Below, in pieces: positions 17,766-26,442 of a DNA stretch of 64,000 bases. This DNA is from a bacterium (GTDB taxonomy: Bacteria > Patescibacteriota > Minisyncoccia > Phycocordibacterales > UBA5272). Made by a program: the position numbers and the translations under genes. The stretch is from the NCBI GenBank assembly GCA_023267535.1, contig JAHFNC010000004.1, positions 3,757 to 67,756 of the forward strand, in the 5' to 3' direction. The notes under the pieces were generated by a model. That model saw only the letters and a program-made list of their open reading frames with translations. It searched no databases and was not told the origin of the DNA. The first letter of the stretch is position 1. Each line of letters starts with the position of its first letter.

Positions 17766-18096
17766 ACAAAATGGTGATAGTATGGCATTAGTTTGCTCTT
17801 CAGCACTCTTACATGAGGGAAAAGTAATGGAAACAGTCACTGTTCTCAGGTTCACAACCTTGTGCAAACTTCCAGACTCTCCGGATCATTGTTTAGGTGC
17901 AATTTATTTCTATGCACCAAAAGGAATTGCCATTCTAGAAATCGGAGAAACACCCGAAAAAATCATTCATAAGTTCTATTTGGTTCCTGATGTCCGAGTG
18001 AGATTGCCACACTGCGAGCCGGCGGCACTTGAAGGAACCGTGGAGATTCCCAAGTCTCTTTTGGATGAAGCCAAAGAAGCTCTGGGTTTGGTGTAA
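17755..18096 (+). CDS. hypothetical protein, start uncertain
   Basis: ORF overlapping the rmuC end. Internal ATGs at 17782 and 17827 are alternative starts. Confidence 0.35.
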   Translation: MKNRQNGDSMALVCSSALLHEGKVMETVTVLRFTTLCKLPDSPDHCLGAIYFYAPKGIAILEIGETPEKIIHKFYLVPDVRVRLPHCEPAALEGTVEIPKSLLDEAKEALGLV

Positions 18097-18117
18097 TAAT
18101 ATGAACACGAAAAGTTA

Positions 18118-18146
18118 AATCCTATGGTTGCGACTATGGGATTTTT
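18118..18146 (+). terminator. Rho-independent terminator
   Basis: AATCCTAT-10 nt-ATGGGATT (one G-U pair) followed by T5. Confidence 0.5.
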
Positions 18147-18185
18147 GTTTGCTTAATTTAGATTTTAATGTATAATAGTCAAATT

Positions 18186-18503
18186 ATGTCATTTGCTGTA
18201 ATACAAACAGGCGGAAAGCAATACCAAGTCGCAGTGGGCGATGAGATTGTTGTTGAGAAAATAAAGGGAGATTATAAAGTTGGAGACAAAGTTCAAATCG
18301 AATCTGTTGTTTTAAAAGATGACGGAACAACTACCGAACTAGGAGCTCCTTTTATTAAGGGCGCATCAGTTGAGGCAACAATCGCTGACTCAGGAAAACT
18401 AAAGAAAGTTATGGTTGTTCGTTACCGTCAGAAATCAAGATATCACAAGAGAAATGGTCATCGCCAACCATTTATGTCTCTAAAGATAGAAAGCATTAAA
18501 TAA
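18186..18503 (+). CDS. rplU: 50S ribosomal protein L21
   Basis: 'MSFAVIQTGGKQYQVAVGDEIVVEKI'. The ATG at 18186 is preferred over the track start at 18168. Confidence 0.95.
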   Translation: MSFAVIQTGGKQYQVAVGDEIVVEKIKGDYKVGDKVQIESVVLKDDGTTTELGAPFIKGASVEATIADSGKLKKVMVVRYRQKSRYHKRNGHRQPFMSLKIESIK

Positions 18504-18525
18504 TTAATTTTAAAATACAGAAAAG

Positions 18526-18555
18526 AAAAAAGCCACTTCCTTAGAAGTGGCTTTT
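18526..18555. terminator. bidirectional Rho-independent terminator
   Basis: A-run-AGCCACTTC-ctta-GAAGTGGCT-T-run. Confidence 0.7.
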
Positions 18556-18804
18556 ACCATTGGCGTGTAGCTCGGGTGTGTTTTTAATTTTATTTATTTC
18601 GTTTTGGATTAGCAATGAACTCAAAAGAAAATAGGCAACGAAAATAGATATAATCACAAACACCATTAACTCAAACATATATTTAGTATCAAAGGCTTCT
18701 GATCCAACTTCAGATACATAGAGCAAAAGTATCAGAAAAGACATGGTTAGACCAAGAAGTGCATGAGTACGTTTTTCTTCCAAATAGTCAAAGTTCATAT
18801 TCAT
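18541..18804 (-). CDS. small membrane protein (87 aa)
   Basis: Two hydrophobic helices. Confidence 0.45.
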   Translation of the reverse strand: MNMNFDYLEEKRTHALLGLTMSFLILLLYVSEVGSEAFDTKYMFELMVFVIISIFVAYFLLSSLLIQNEINKIKNTPELHANGKSHF

Positions 18805-18859
18805 AATTAGAATCCCCCCGGTTCTTTTAATGAAATCTGCTAATTATGTTATATCACAA

Positions 18860-19486
18860 TTAATCTCTTCTTTCAAAAGCACTTTTGAAAGTGTCACGGT
18901 CAACATACTCAAGTTCCAGCCCAGAAGAAAGTCCTCGCGCAAGAGAAGACATCTTCACATCTTTAATTCCAACAATTTGCGCGAGAGTATTTTCTACATA
19001 TTCTTTGGTGTTATCTCCGTAGTCAGTAACTGGTAAAGCGAAAATTATTTCAGATATTTTTTTGCTTTCAATATCAGAATGAACTCGTGACACTAATTCT
19101 CTTATTCGTATAATTTCCGAAGGCTTGTCAGTTAGTGGTGGAAGAAGTCCTCCTAAAATAAAATACATTCCATTATATGAGCCAGTTTTTTCTATGGCGT
19201 CTAGGTCTAATTCTTTTTCTACAATCATCAAAACATTTTTATCTCTGGACTCAGTGTCACAAATCACACATTTAGTTTTGTCATTTCTTAAATTATTGTC
19301 TCCAAAAAATCTGAAACAAGAGTCGCATTGTTTGCCGGTGAATTTCAATTCTTCCAAGGCTTTGATTAATTGTTCTTTGAAATGAAAATGTTCACGAAGC
19401 AAAAAGTAAACAAACCTCTTGGCTTGTTTTGGTCCAATCCCCGGAAACCTCATAAATAATTCCACCAACTTATCCGAAGCGTTCAT
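18860..19486 (-). CDS. recR: recombination protein RecR
   Basis: 'FPGIGPKQAKRFVYFLL' HhH, a CxxC...CxxC zinc finger and a Toprim region. Confidence 0.95.
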   Translation of the reverse strand: MNASDKLVELFMRFPGIGPKQAKRFVYFLLREHFHFKEQLIKALEELKFTGKQCDSCFRFFGDNNLRNDKTKCVICDTESRDKNVLMIVEKELDLDAIEKTGSYNGMYFILGGLLPPLTDKPSEIIRIRELVSRVHSDIESKKISEIIFALPVTDYGDNTKEYVENTLAQIVGIKDVKMSSLARGLSSGLELEYVDRDTFKSAFERRD

Positions 19487-19564
19487 ATTTGAGAATTATA
19501 ACATTTATTAGAATATACATATTATGATGAAAAGCTGCTATAATCCAAACAATAAATTATTGTA

Positions 19565-20269
19565 ATGAAGAAAATTCAAGACGACATAATTAGCTACAGA
19601 GAGATGTGTGATATAGAAAATGTTCAAACACTTCAGCGTGGAATGAATTTTCGTATGAACCAAAAATACTCCGTCATATTAATGTCCCAAAGATCAAACG
19701 CTCCATATATTGATAAGGTTCATGCGGATGGTTTAACTATTGAATATGAGGGACACGACGTCTCCAGAATTACAAATGAGCCCGCCTATAATCCAAAGCA
19801 ATATGATCAATCAGAGAAATTACCGAGCGGGAAATTAACACAAAATGGATTTTTTATAAAAGCTGTAAAAGAATTTAAAAAAAGTATGGCTAATCCAGAG
19901 CTTGTTAAAATTTATGAAAAAGTTTTTCCTGGTGTTTGGTCTTTGAAAGGCTATTTTGATCTCATTGATTACAGAAATGTTAGAGATGAAAAAAGAAATG
20001 TGTTTCGCTTTATTCTGAAATTATCAAATCGTCAAGAAAATTATGATTCAAAGGTTGCGAAAATTGAACACACAAGATTGATTCCGTCAGAAGTAAAAAG
20101 AGAGGTTTGGAAACGAGATGATGGAAAGTGTGTTATTTGTGGAGATACAAAAAATTTACACTTTGACCACGATCTTCCTTTTTCAAAAGGGGGCACAAGT
20201 TTATCAACAAAAAATGTGCGCTTACTTTGTATGAGACATAATCTTCAAAAATCAGATAAGATAATTTAG
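19565..20269 (+). CDS. HNH endonuclease with N-terminal SRA/YDG-like domain (candidate type IV modification-dependent restriction enzyme)
   Basis: The C-terminal HNH is clear: 'CVICGDTKNLHFDHDLPFSKGG...NVRLLCMRHNLQKSD'. The N-terminal 'LQRGMNF...SVILMS...APYIDKVHADGLTIEYEGHD...VKIYEKV..GVWSLKGYFDLIDY' resembles SRA-type base-flipping domains. Confidence 0.6.
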   Translation: MKKIQDDIISYREMCDIENVQTLQRGMNFRMNQKYSVILMSQRSNAPYIDKVHADGLTIEYEGHDVSRITNEPAYNPKQYDQSEKLPSGKLTQNGFFIKAVKEFKKSMANPELVKIYEKVFPGVWSLKGYFDLIDYRNVRDEKRNVFRFILKLSNRQENYDSKVAKIEHTRLIPSEVKREVWKRDDGKCVICGDTKNLHFDHDLPFSKGGTSLSTKNVRLLCMRHNLQKSDKII

Positions 20270-20278
20270 TATTTCTAC

Positions 20279-20325
20279 TTATCCACAGTTGTTCTATTGC
20301 AGTAGAACAATCGTTCTAATATACT
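20279..20325 (+). promoter_or_regulatory. lexA promoter with SOS box and upstream DnaA-box-like element
   Basis: TTGCAG (20297-20302), 17 nt, TATACT (20320-20325). The spacer holds TAGAAC-AATC-GTTCTA (20303-20318), a GAAC-N4-GTTC box. Second palindrome TTGTTCTA-N6-TAGAACAA at 20289-20310. TTATCCACA at 20279-20287. Confidence 0.6.
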
Positions 20326-20331
20326 GAATTG

Positions 20332-20895
20332 ATGAATGAGGAAGAAATTTTAATATCATTTTTTACGGAAAATAAAAGAATGCCAACATACGAAGAGATG
20401 AAAGGTCTCTTCGGTGTGGCTTCAAAAAACACTGTGGCTTTCAGAGTAAATAAATTATTAGAAAATGGTTTCTTGATTAAGAAAGGAAGTAAAATTGCTC
20501 TTGCTCAATCTGGCTCAGTTGTGAGATTGGGAACTGTTCAAGCTGGATTTCCAACTACTGCAGACGAAGATGTCGTATCCGAGTTATTATCACTTGATGA
20601 TTTTTTAATAGAAAGAAAGAGTTCAACATATATGTTGGAAGTGGTTGGTGAATCAATGAAAGATGCCGGAATAATTGAAGGCGACTTGGTTTTAGTAGAA
20701 AGAGGAAAGACTCCACGTCGTGGAGATATAGTTCTAGCACTTGTTGATAATGAATACACGCTGAAATATTTAGAAACAGAAAAAGGAAAACCAGTGCTTG
20801 TGCCAGCCAATAAATTATTTAAGAAAATCTATCCAAACCCAAACAAATTAAAAATCGAAGCAGTTTTAAAAGCAGTAATTAGAAAATATAGATAA
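20332..20895 (+). CDS. lexA: LexA repressor (S24 peptidase)
   Basis: wHTH N-terminus, cleavage-site region 'VQAGFP', catalytic Ser context 'VVGESMKDAG' and Lys context 'EYTLKYL'. Confidence 0.9.
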   Translation: MNEEEILISFFTENKRMPTYEEMKGLFGVASKNTVAFRVNKLLENGFLIKKGSKIALAQSGSVVRLGTVQAGFPTTADEDVVSELLSLDDFLIERKSSTYMLEVVGESMKDAGIIEGDLVLVERGKTPRRGDIVLALVDNEYTLKYLETEKGKPVLVPANKLFKKIYPNPNKLKIEAVLKAVIRKYR

Positions 20896-20899
20896 ACAT

Positions 20900-21477
20900 A
20901 TGAAATTATTTAACATCACAATTACAATACAGAGCTCCATAAAAAACGACGAGCCAGTTTACAAAAATGAACTAATAAGTAGACACATTAATTTCGCTTC
21001 AAAACTTACTCAACTTTCTAGATTATAAATAACTATTTCAAATATATGTCACCATCACCACGCGCCATAATACAAATAAGCACAACAGGAAAGAATTTTT
21101 CTCGTATAAATTATAGTCGTCGCATGTATGCCGTCATTAGACGTTATACACCGGACGTGGCTGAGGGTAATATAAATGAATGCTTTGCTGATATAACCGG
21201 ACTTCGCACTTTCTTTAAAATGTCATACAAAGAATTGGCAGAAAAAATTCTTAAAGATTTAAATAAAGAAATTGGTGTGCAATTTACAATCAGAATTACT
21301 TCAATGAAAGCCTTTCAAAATGCAAAAACTAACAGTAGAAACTCCAAGAGTATTTCTACTTACAAAGAATTAAACAAACTTTTTGCCGGACTATCATTTG
21401 TTGAAGCCAAAAATCGTAAAAGCTTAATTAGTAGAAGAAGAAAATTTGCCGTACCATTTATTGGTAAGGTTGCATAA
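20900..21477 (+). pseudogene. decayed Y-family DNA polymerase (DinB/UmuC-like) relic
   Basis: Two frames. 20900-21028: 'LFNITITIQSSIKNDEPVYKNE', compare '..IDMD.FFASVE....P.L.gk'. 21046-21477: 'YSRRMYAVIRRYTPDVAEGNINECFADITGL', compare 'Y...S..i..i...yt..vE..SiDEafLDvTg'. Has a frameshift, internal deletions, a missing thumb/little finger, and substituted catalytic acids. Confidence 0.65.
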
Positions 21478-21483
21478 TTATTT

Positions 21484-22026
21484 TTGGTCGTGAAAGAGAT
21501 AAGCTATAAATTAAAAATTAGTAAAAAATCCAAAAGATTAAAACTTGCTGTCTATCATGACGGTACTGTTTTGGTTACTGTTCCCAGAGGTGTAACTAAA
21601 GAAATTGTTAAGAGTTTTGTGTTAAGTAAATATAAATGGATTACTAAAAAAGTAGAATTTTTTAAAAAGTATCCAGCTAGAGCACTGCCTAAAAATAATA
21701 AGAAAGCTTTTGAAGAAAATAAAGAGGTGGCTTACAAGATTGCTATTGAAAGACTAGAGCATTTTAATAAGTTCTATAAATTGAAATGGAATAACATAAC
21801 CATAAAGAATACAAAAACCCGCTGGGGAAGTTGTTCAAGAAAAGGAAATTTAAATTTTAATTACAAAATAGCACTACTTTCTCCAAAGCTTAGAGATTAC
21901 ATAATCGTTCATGAGCTTTGCCATTTAGGAGAATTCAACCACTCGCAAAAGTTTTGGACATTAGTTTCAAAAACTATTCCAAATTATTTAGAGTTAAAAA
22001 AGGAACTAAAAATAAATATTTTTTAA
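21484..22026 (+). CDS. YgjP-like (DUF45/M48-related) zinc metalloprotease
   Basis: 'RWGSCSRKGNLNFNYKI' and 'HELCHLGEFNHSQKFW' (HExxH). Confidence 0.85.
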   Translation: MVVKEISYKLKISKKSKRLKLAVYHDGTVLVTVPRGVTKEIVKSFVLSKYKWITKKVEFFKKYPARALPKNNKKAFEENKEVAYKIAIERLEHFNKFYKLKWNNITIKNTKTRWGSCSRKGNLNFNYKIALLSPKLRDYIIVHELCHLGEFNHSQKFWTLVSKTIPNYLELKKELKINIF

Positions 22027-22079
22027 TGTTTTATTAAATCGTCTGTATTAAATTGAAGAAATTTGTTAATATAGCTCAC

Positions 22080-23198
22080 ATGTCACTTTCAATAGGAATT
22101 GTTGGACTACCAAATGTTGGCAAGTCAACACTATTTAACGCCATTACAAAAAAATCTGTTCCAGCGGAAAATTATCCGTTCTGCACCATTGACCCATCGG
22201 TGGGTGTGGTTGCTGTGCCGGATGCACGACTTGAAGTTTTGTCTAAAATTTCTGGCTCTAAAAAATTAATTCCAGCTATTGTTGAGTTTGTAGATATTGC
22301 GGGTCTCGTAAAAGGAGCCTCATCTGGCGAAGGACTTGGAAACGCCTTCTTGTCACATATTCGTGAGACCGACGCTATCGCGGAAGTGGTGCGTATTTAT
22401 GAAAACGGCGAGTTAATCCACGTGGAAGGAACAATCGACCCACTTCGTGATATTGAAATCATTAATATGGAATTGATTTTGGCTGATATGCAAACAGTTG
22501 AGAAAAGAAGTCAGACCATTGGTCGCGACGTTAAACGCGGAGACAAAGACGCAATTAAATTACAAGGACTGCTGGATGTCTTCAAGAAAAATTTTGATGA
22601 AGGAAAACTAGCTAACACACTTTCGTTTGATGAAGAAGAAACAAGATTAATTAAGGATTTGCATTTAATTACTATGAAGCCGTTTCTTTACGTGTTGAAT
22701 AAACAATCTGGCGGAAAAAATTTAGACGAAATGAACCTGTCTGCCGGACAGGCAGGTGATGAACGATTCCAAAAGTTAATTGAGTATTTTAAAAAGAATA
22801 ATTTTAAATATGTAATAGTAGACGCCAAGATTGAAGATGAATTGAAAGATTTTGAAGGAGAAGAAAAAGAAATAATGCGTAAGGAAATGAATGCCAATGA
22901 CAATGGAGTGGATAATTTAATCAAAGCAGGATATGACTTACTTGGTCTTGAAACATATTTAACAACAGGAGAGGTTGAAACTCGCGCCTGGACGATTAAA
23001 AAGGGCTCTACTGCACCAGTTGCAGGCCAAGCGATACATACTGACTTTAAAGATAAATTCATCCGTGCTGAGGTTGTAGCTTATGATGATTTAGTTAAAG
23101 CTGGAAATTATGTTGAAGCAAAGACAAGGGGATTGCTACGCACGGAAGGAAAAGATTATATAGTCAAAGATGGCGATGTAATAGAGTTTAAGATTTAA
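22080..23198 (+). CDS. ychF: ribosome-binding ATPase YchF
   Basis: '[17 protein letters not shown]', TGS and C-terminal domain. The ATG at 22080 is preferred over the TTG at 22053. Confidence 0.95.
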   Translation: MSLSIGIVGLPNVGKSTLFNAITKKSVPAENYPFCTIDPSVGVVAVPDARLEVLSKISGSKKLIPAIVEFVDIAGLVKGASSGEGLGNAFLSHIRETDAIAEVVRIYENGELIHVEGTIDPLRDIEIINMELILADMQTVEKRSQTIGRDVKRGDKDAIKLQGLLDVFKKNFDEGKLANTLSFDEEETRLIKDLHLITMKPFLYVLNKQSGGKNLDEMNLSAGQAGDERFQKLIEYFKKNNFKYVIVDAKIEDELKDFEGEEKEIMRKEMNANDNGVDNLIKAGYDLLGLETYLTTGEVETRAWTIKKGSTAPVAGQAIHTDFKDKFIRAEVVAYDDLVKAGNYVEAKTRGLLRTEGKDYIVKDGDVIEFKI

Positions 23199-23413
23199 AA
23201 TTAATTCATCTACTTTGTCACAATTTCATTTTTGTCAGTCGTCGTAGGATATCTACGCCTTCTTCCAAAAATTCTTTGTTTCGTGTATCTAAAGCAATTT
23301 TAAAGCTTAAACAAATTCAAAATATAAAATTATTTTACCTTAGTTTAAGTTTGCATGTTTATTCGTTTTAGTTTAATCTGTGTTTCTAGTTCTTTTATAA
23401 ACAGAGGTTAGTA

Positions 23414-23719
23414 ATGTCAGATATTCTTTTGGTAAAAACTGGGCAAACTCACAAAGTTACCCAACCGCAGCTTGATTGTCTTAAAATTCTTACAGAAAAG
23501 AAAGGGAGATTTGTACTTGTTTTTTATGTTTGGGAACAATATCAATCATTAACAAAAAAAGAAGGTCGTCCTGACGAAGGGCACACTTCTTCAAGAATGA
23601 TCGCTAATGATCTAGATGATTTATTCAACAAAAAAATCATTGAAAGAGGTGCTCACAGTGAAAGCGCCCCGCATTCCTGTAAAGGTTATAGAATCATTGA
23701 AGATTTTGAAATCGTTTAA
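23414..23719 (+). CDS. hypothetical protein (101 aa)
   Basis: ORF preceded by GAGG. No motif. Confidence 0.4.
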   Translation: MSDILLVKTGQTHKVTQPQLDCLKILTEKKGRFVLVFYVWEQYQSLTKKEGRPDEGHTSSRMIANDLDDLFNKKIIERGAHSESAPHSCKGYRIIEDFEIV

Positions 23720-23742
23720 CTTTAAATGGAGGATATACACGA

Positions 23743-23997
23743 ATGTATTCTCATAATGAAATAAAGGAGCAAAATAATCCCGACTGCAAAGAATGTTTTG
23801 GTGCTGGCAATATCCTCGTTTATTTTGTTGACCACAGAAAGAAAAGGGTCATAGAGGAATGGGTTTACTGCACCACCTGTTACCCAACTAGTTCTTGCTT
23901 TGGATTTGATAAATCCTGCAATTTTGCGGAAGAAATTTCCAAAGAAGATGCAGACAACCTCGTAAAAGAAAAAGGTTACGACTTGCACGTTCCTTAA
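23743..23997 (+). CDS. hypothetical Cys-rich protein (CxxC...CxxC zinc-ribbon-like)
   Basis: 'CKECFG...CTTCYP'. Terminator immediately downstream. Confidence 0.4.
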   Translation: MYSHNEIKEQNNPDCKECFGAGNILVYFVDHRKKRVIEEWVYCTTCYPTSSCFGFDKSCNFAEEISKEDADNLVKEKGYDLHVP

Positions 23998-24022
23998 ATC
24001 AGCGCCACTTGCGCTGATTTTT
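23996..24022 (+). terminator. Rho-independent terminator
   Basis: ATCAGCGC-cactt-GCGCTGAT followed by T5. Confidence 0.75.
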
Positions 24023-24140
24023 ATTTTTATAAATCGGCCTTGTTTTCCTGATTACAGAAACACTCCTTGTGGTATTTAAATAATTATTGTACAGTTTAAT
24101 TTGTAACGTCTGTTCTTTAATTGTTACGAGAGGGGACATC

Positions 24141-24446
24141 ATGAGTGATATGGACGACTGCTCTTCAGGACAAGAACTTGCTATAAATGCTGCCAGAAAA
24201 TTGAACAAAATAAATCCTAATCACGAACTTCTCAATCTTTTCAATTTTGGTGGAAAAGGATGTGACGAAAAAAAGTTTGAGGAGAACTGGGAAAATTTTC
24301 AAGTTCGTTTCGGAAAGCCTGGTGCCAGTAAAGAAGAAAGAGGGACTTCGCCCGGCCAAGCATACTTTTGGGCACAATATTACTTAGCGCTAGAAAAAGC
24401 ACTAGACGAAAAAGCCAAATACGAACCAATGTATGTTCCTGTGTAA
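24141..24446 (+). CDS. hypothetical protein (101 aa from ATG 24141)
   Basis: RBS GAGAGGGGA upstream of ATG 24141. The track start at 24087 is a TTG. Confidence 0.4.
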   Translation: MSDMDDCSSGQELAINAARKLNKINPNHELLNLFNFGGKGCDEKKFEENWENFQVRFGKPGASKEERGTSPGQAYFWAQYYLALEKALDEKAKYEPMYVPV

Positions 24447-24455
24447 TTTTTAATG

Positions 24456-24478
24456 AAGGAGACCGCGAGTCTCCTTTT
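24456..24478 (+). terminator. Rho-independent terminator
   Basis: GGAGAC-cgcga-GTCTCC followed by T4. Confidence 0.7.
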
Positions 24479-24514
24479 GTTTTTATCTCTTTATTTTGTA
24501 TAATCAATTGACCT

Positions 24515-26401
24515 ATGACTGTAAGTGAAATTAGAGCAAAATTTTTATCATATATGGAAATGAAGGGGCACAAAGTTGTCTTTTCTTCGTCATTAAAACC
24601 AGAGAATGACCCAACCACACTCTTTACTGGCTCCGGAATGCAACCAATGCTTCCATATTTGCTTGGTCAGCCTCACGAATTGGGAAAAAGGATCGCTGAT
24701 TCGCAAAAATGTTTTCGTTCACAAGATATAGATGATGTTGGAGATAACCGCCACACCACTTTCTTTGAAATGCTTGGAAATTGGTCATTTGGTGATTATT
24801 TTAAGGGAGAAGAAATCGTCTGGATGTTTAATTTTTTAATTGGTGAACTTCACCTTGACCCAAAAAACTTCTACGTAACTTGTTTCAAAGGAAATTCTAA
24901 TTTAAATATTCCAAGAGATGATGTATCGGCTGACTTGTGGAAAAAAACTTTCAAACAAAAAGGATTAGATGTAAAAGTTGGAGAGAATCCAGAAGTTGAT
25001 GGAATAAAAGAAGGAGAACATATTTTCTATTATGACGAGAGAAAAAATTGGTGGTCTCGTTCTGGAATTCCAAAGAATATGCCAGAAGGTGAGCCTGGGG
25101 GGCCAGATTCTGAAATGTTTTATGACTTTGATTCTGATTTATCAAAAAAGATTCACGCTAATTCAAAATTTAAAGATAGTGTTTGTCATGTGAACTGTGA
25201 TTGTGGAAGATTTTTGGAAATTGGAAACAATGTTTTTATGGAATACAAGAAAGTTGGAAATGGCTTTGAAGAATTGCCACAGAAAAATGTTGACCACGGC
25301 TCTGGACTAGAAAGACATGCTTGTGCTGTAAATAATGACGAAGATATTTTTAATATCGATGTATTTAATGAAGCAAAAAATACTATAGAAAGATTATCTG
25401 GTAAAAAATATCGCGATGATGAAAAAGTAACTTATGCTTATCGTGTAATTCTTGATCATCTTCGTGCCGGAACATTTTTAATTGGAGATGATGTTTTACC
25501 AGGGAATAAAGATCAGTCATATTTCGTGCGCCGACTTATTCGTCGTTCAGTGAGATTCGCCAGAAATTTAGGAATTGATAAAAATTTTACAAAATCAATC
25601 GCGCTTTCATTTATTGAAGTTTATAAAGACGAATATAAAAATCTAAACGAAAAGAAAGAAATCATTTTATTTGAAATGGAAAAAGAAGAGACTAAATTTA
25701 GAGCCACTCTTGAAAAAGGAATAAAAGAATTCGAGAAAATCGGTAGTAGAGACATTTCAGGACACAATGCATTTGATTTACTTCAATCTTACGGATTTCC
25801 AATTGAACTTACAATTGAACTAGCAAAAGAAAGAGGTTTAAATGTTGATTTAGTTGGATTTGAAGAAGAAAAGAAAAAGCATTCTGAAAGTTCTCGCACT
25901 GCTTCCGCTGGAAAGTTTAAAGGAGGACTAGGAGGAGACGGAGAAATAGAAACAAAATATCATACAGCTACACACTTATTACACGAAGCATTACGCCAAG
26001 TACTTGGAGAACACGTGGAACAAAAAGGTTCAAACATCACATCCGAAAGATTACGTTTTGATTTTTCTCATAATGAAAAAATGACAGACGAAGAAAAGAA
26101 AAAAGTTGAAGATTTGGTAAACGAAAAAATAAATGAAGCATTGCCAGTGAAAAGAGAAGAGATTAAGAAAGATGAGGCCATAAGTAGAGGCGCAATTGGA
26201 CTTTTCGGTGATAAATATGGCGACGTGGTTACGGTTTATAGAATCGGAACTGGCGAAAAAAGAGGGGATACAAATTTGTTTTCAATGGAATTATGTGGTG
26301 GTCCTCATGTTGCCAACACCAAAGAACTTGGTCACTTTAAAATAGTAAAAGAAGAAGCAGTCTCTGCCGGTGTTCGTCGAATAAAAGCGATTTTGTCTTA
26401 A
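24515..26401 (+). CDS. alaS: alanine--tRNA ligase, short form without a C-Ala domain
   Basis: 'FTGSGMQPM', 'FFEMLGNWSFGDYFK', and editing-domain 'HTATHLLH' and 'CGGPHV'. 628 aa. Confidence 0.93.
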   Translation: MTVSEIRAKFLSYMEMKGHKVVFSSSLKPENDPTTLFTGSGMQPMLPYLLGQPHELGKRIADSQKCFRSQDIDDVGDNRHTTFFEMLGNWSFGDYFKGEEIVWMFNFLIGELHLDPKNFYVTCFKGNSNLNIPRDDVSADLWKKTFKQKGLDVKVGENPEVDGIKEGEHIFYYDERKNWWSRSGIPKNMPEGEPGGPDSEMFYDFDSDLSKKIHANSKFKDSVCHVNCDCGRFLEIGNNVFMEYKKVGNGFEELPQKNVDHGSGLERHACAVNNDEDIFNIDVFNEAKNTIERLSGKKYRDDEKVTYAYRVILDHLRAGTFLIGDDVLPGNKDQSYFVRRLIRRSVRFARNLGIDKNFTKSIALSFIEVYKDEYKNLNEKKEIILFEMEKEETKFRATLEKGIKEFEKIGSRDISGHNAFDLLQSYGFPIELTIELAKERGLNVDLVGFEEEKKKHSESSRTASAGKFKGGLGGDGEIETKYHTATHLLHEALRQVLGEHVEQKGSNITSERLRFDFSHNEKMTDEEKKKVEDLVNEKINEALPVKREEIKKDEAISRGAIGLFGDKYGDVVTVYRIGTGEKRGDTNLFSMELCGGPHVANTKELGHFKIVKEEAVSAGVRRIKAILS

Positions 26402-26442
26402 AATTACTTCTAACTTTTTCTTTTTAAGTTTATACTTAACTC

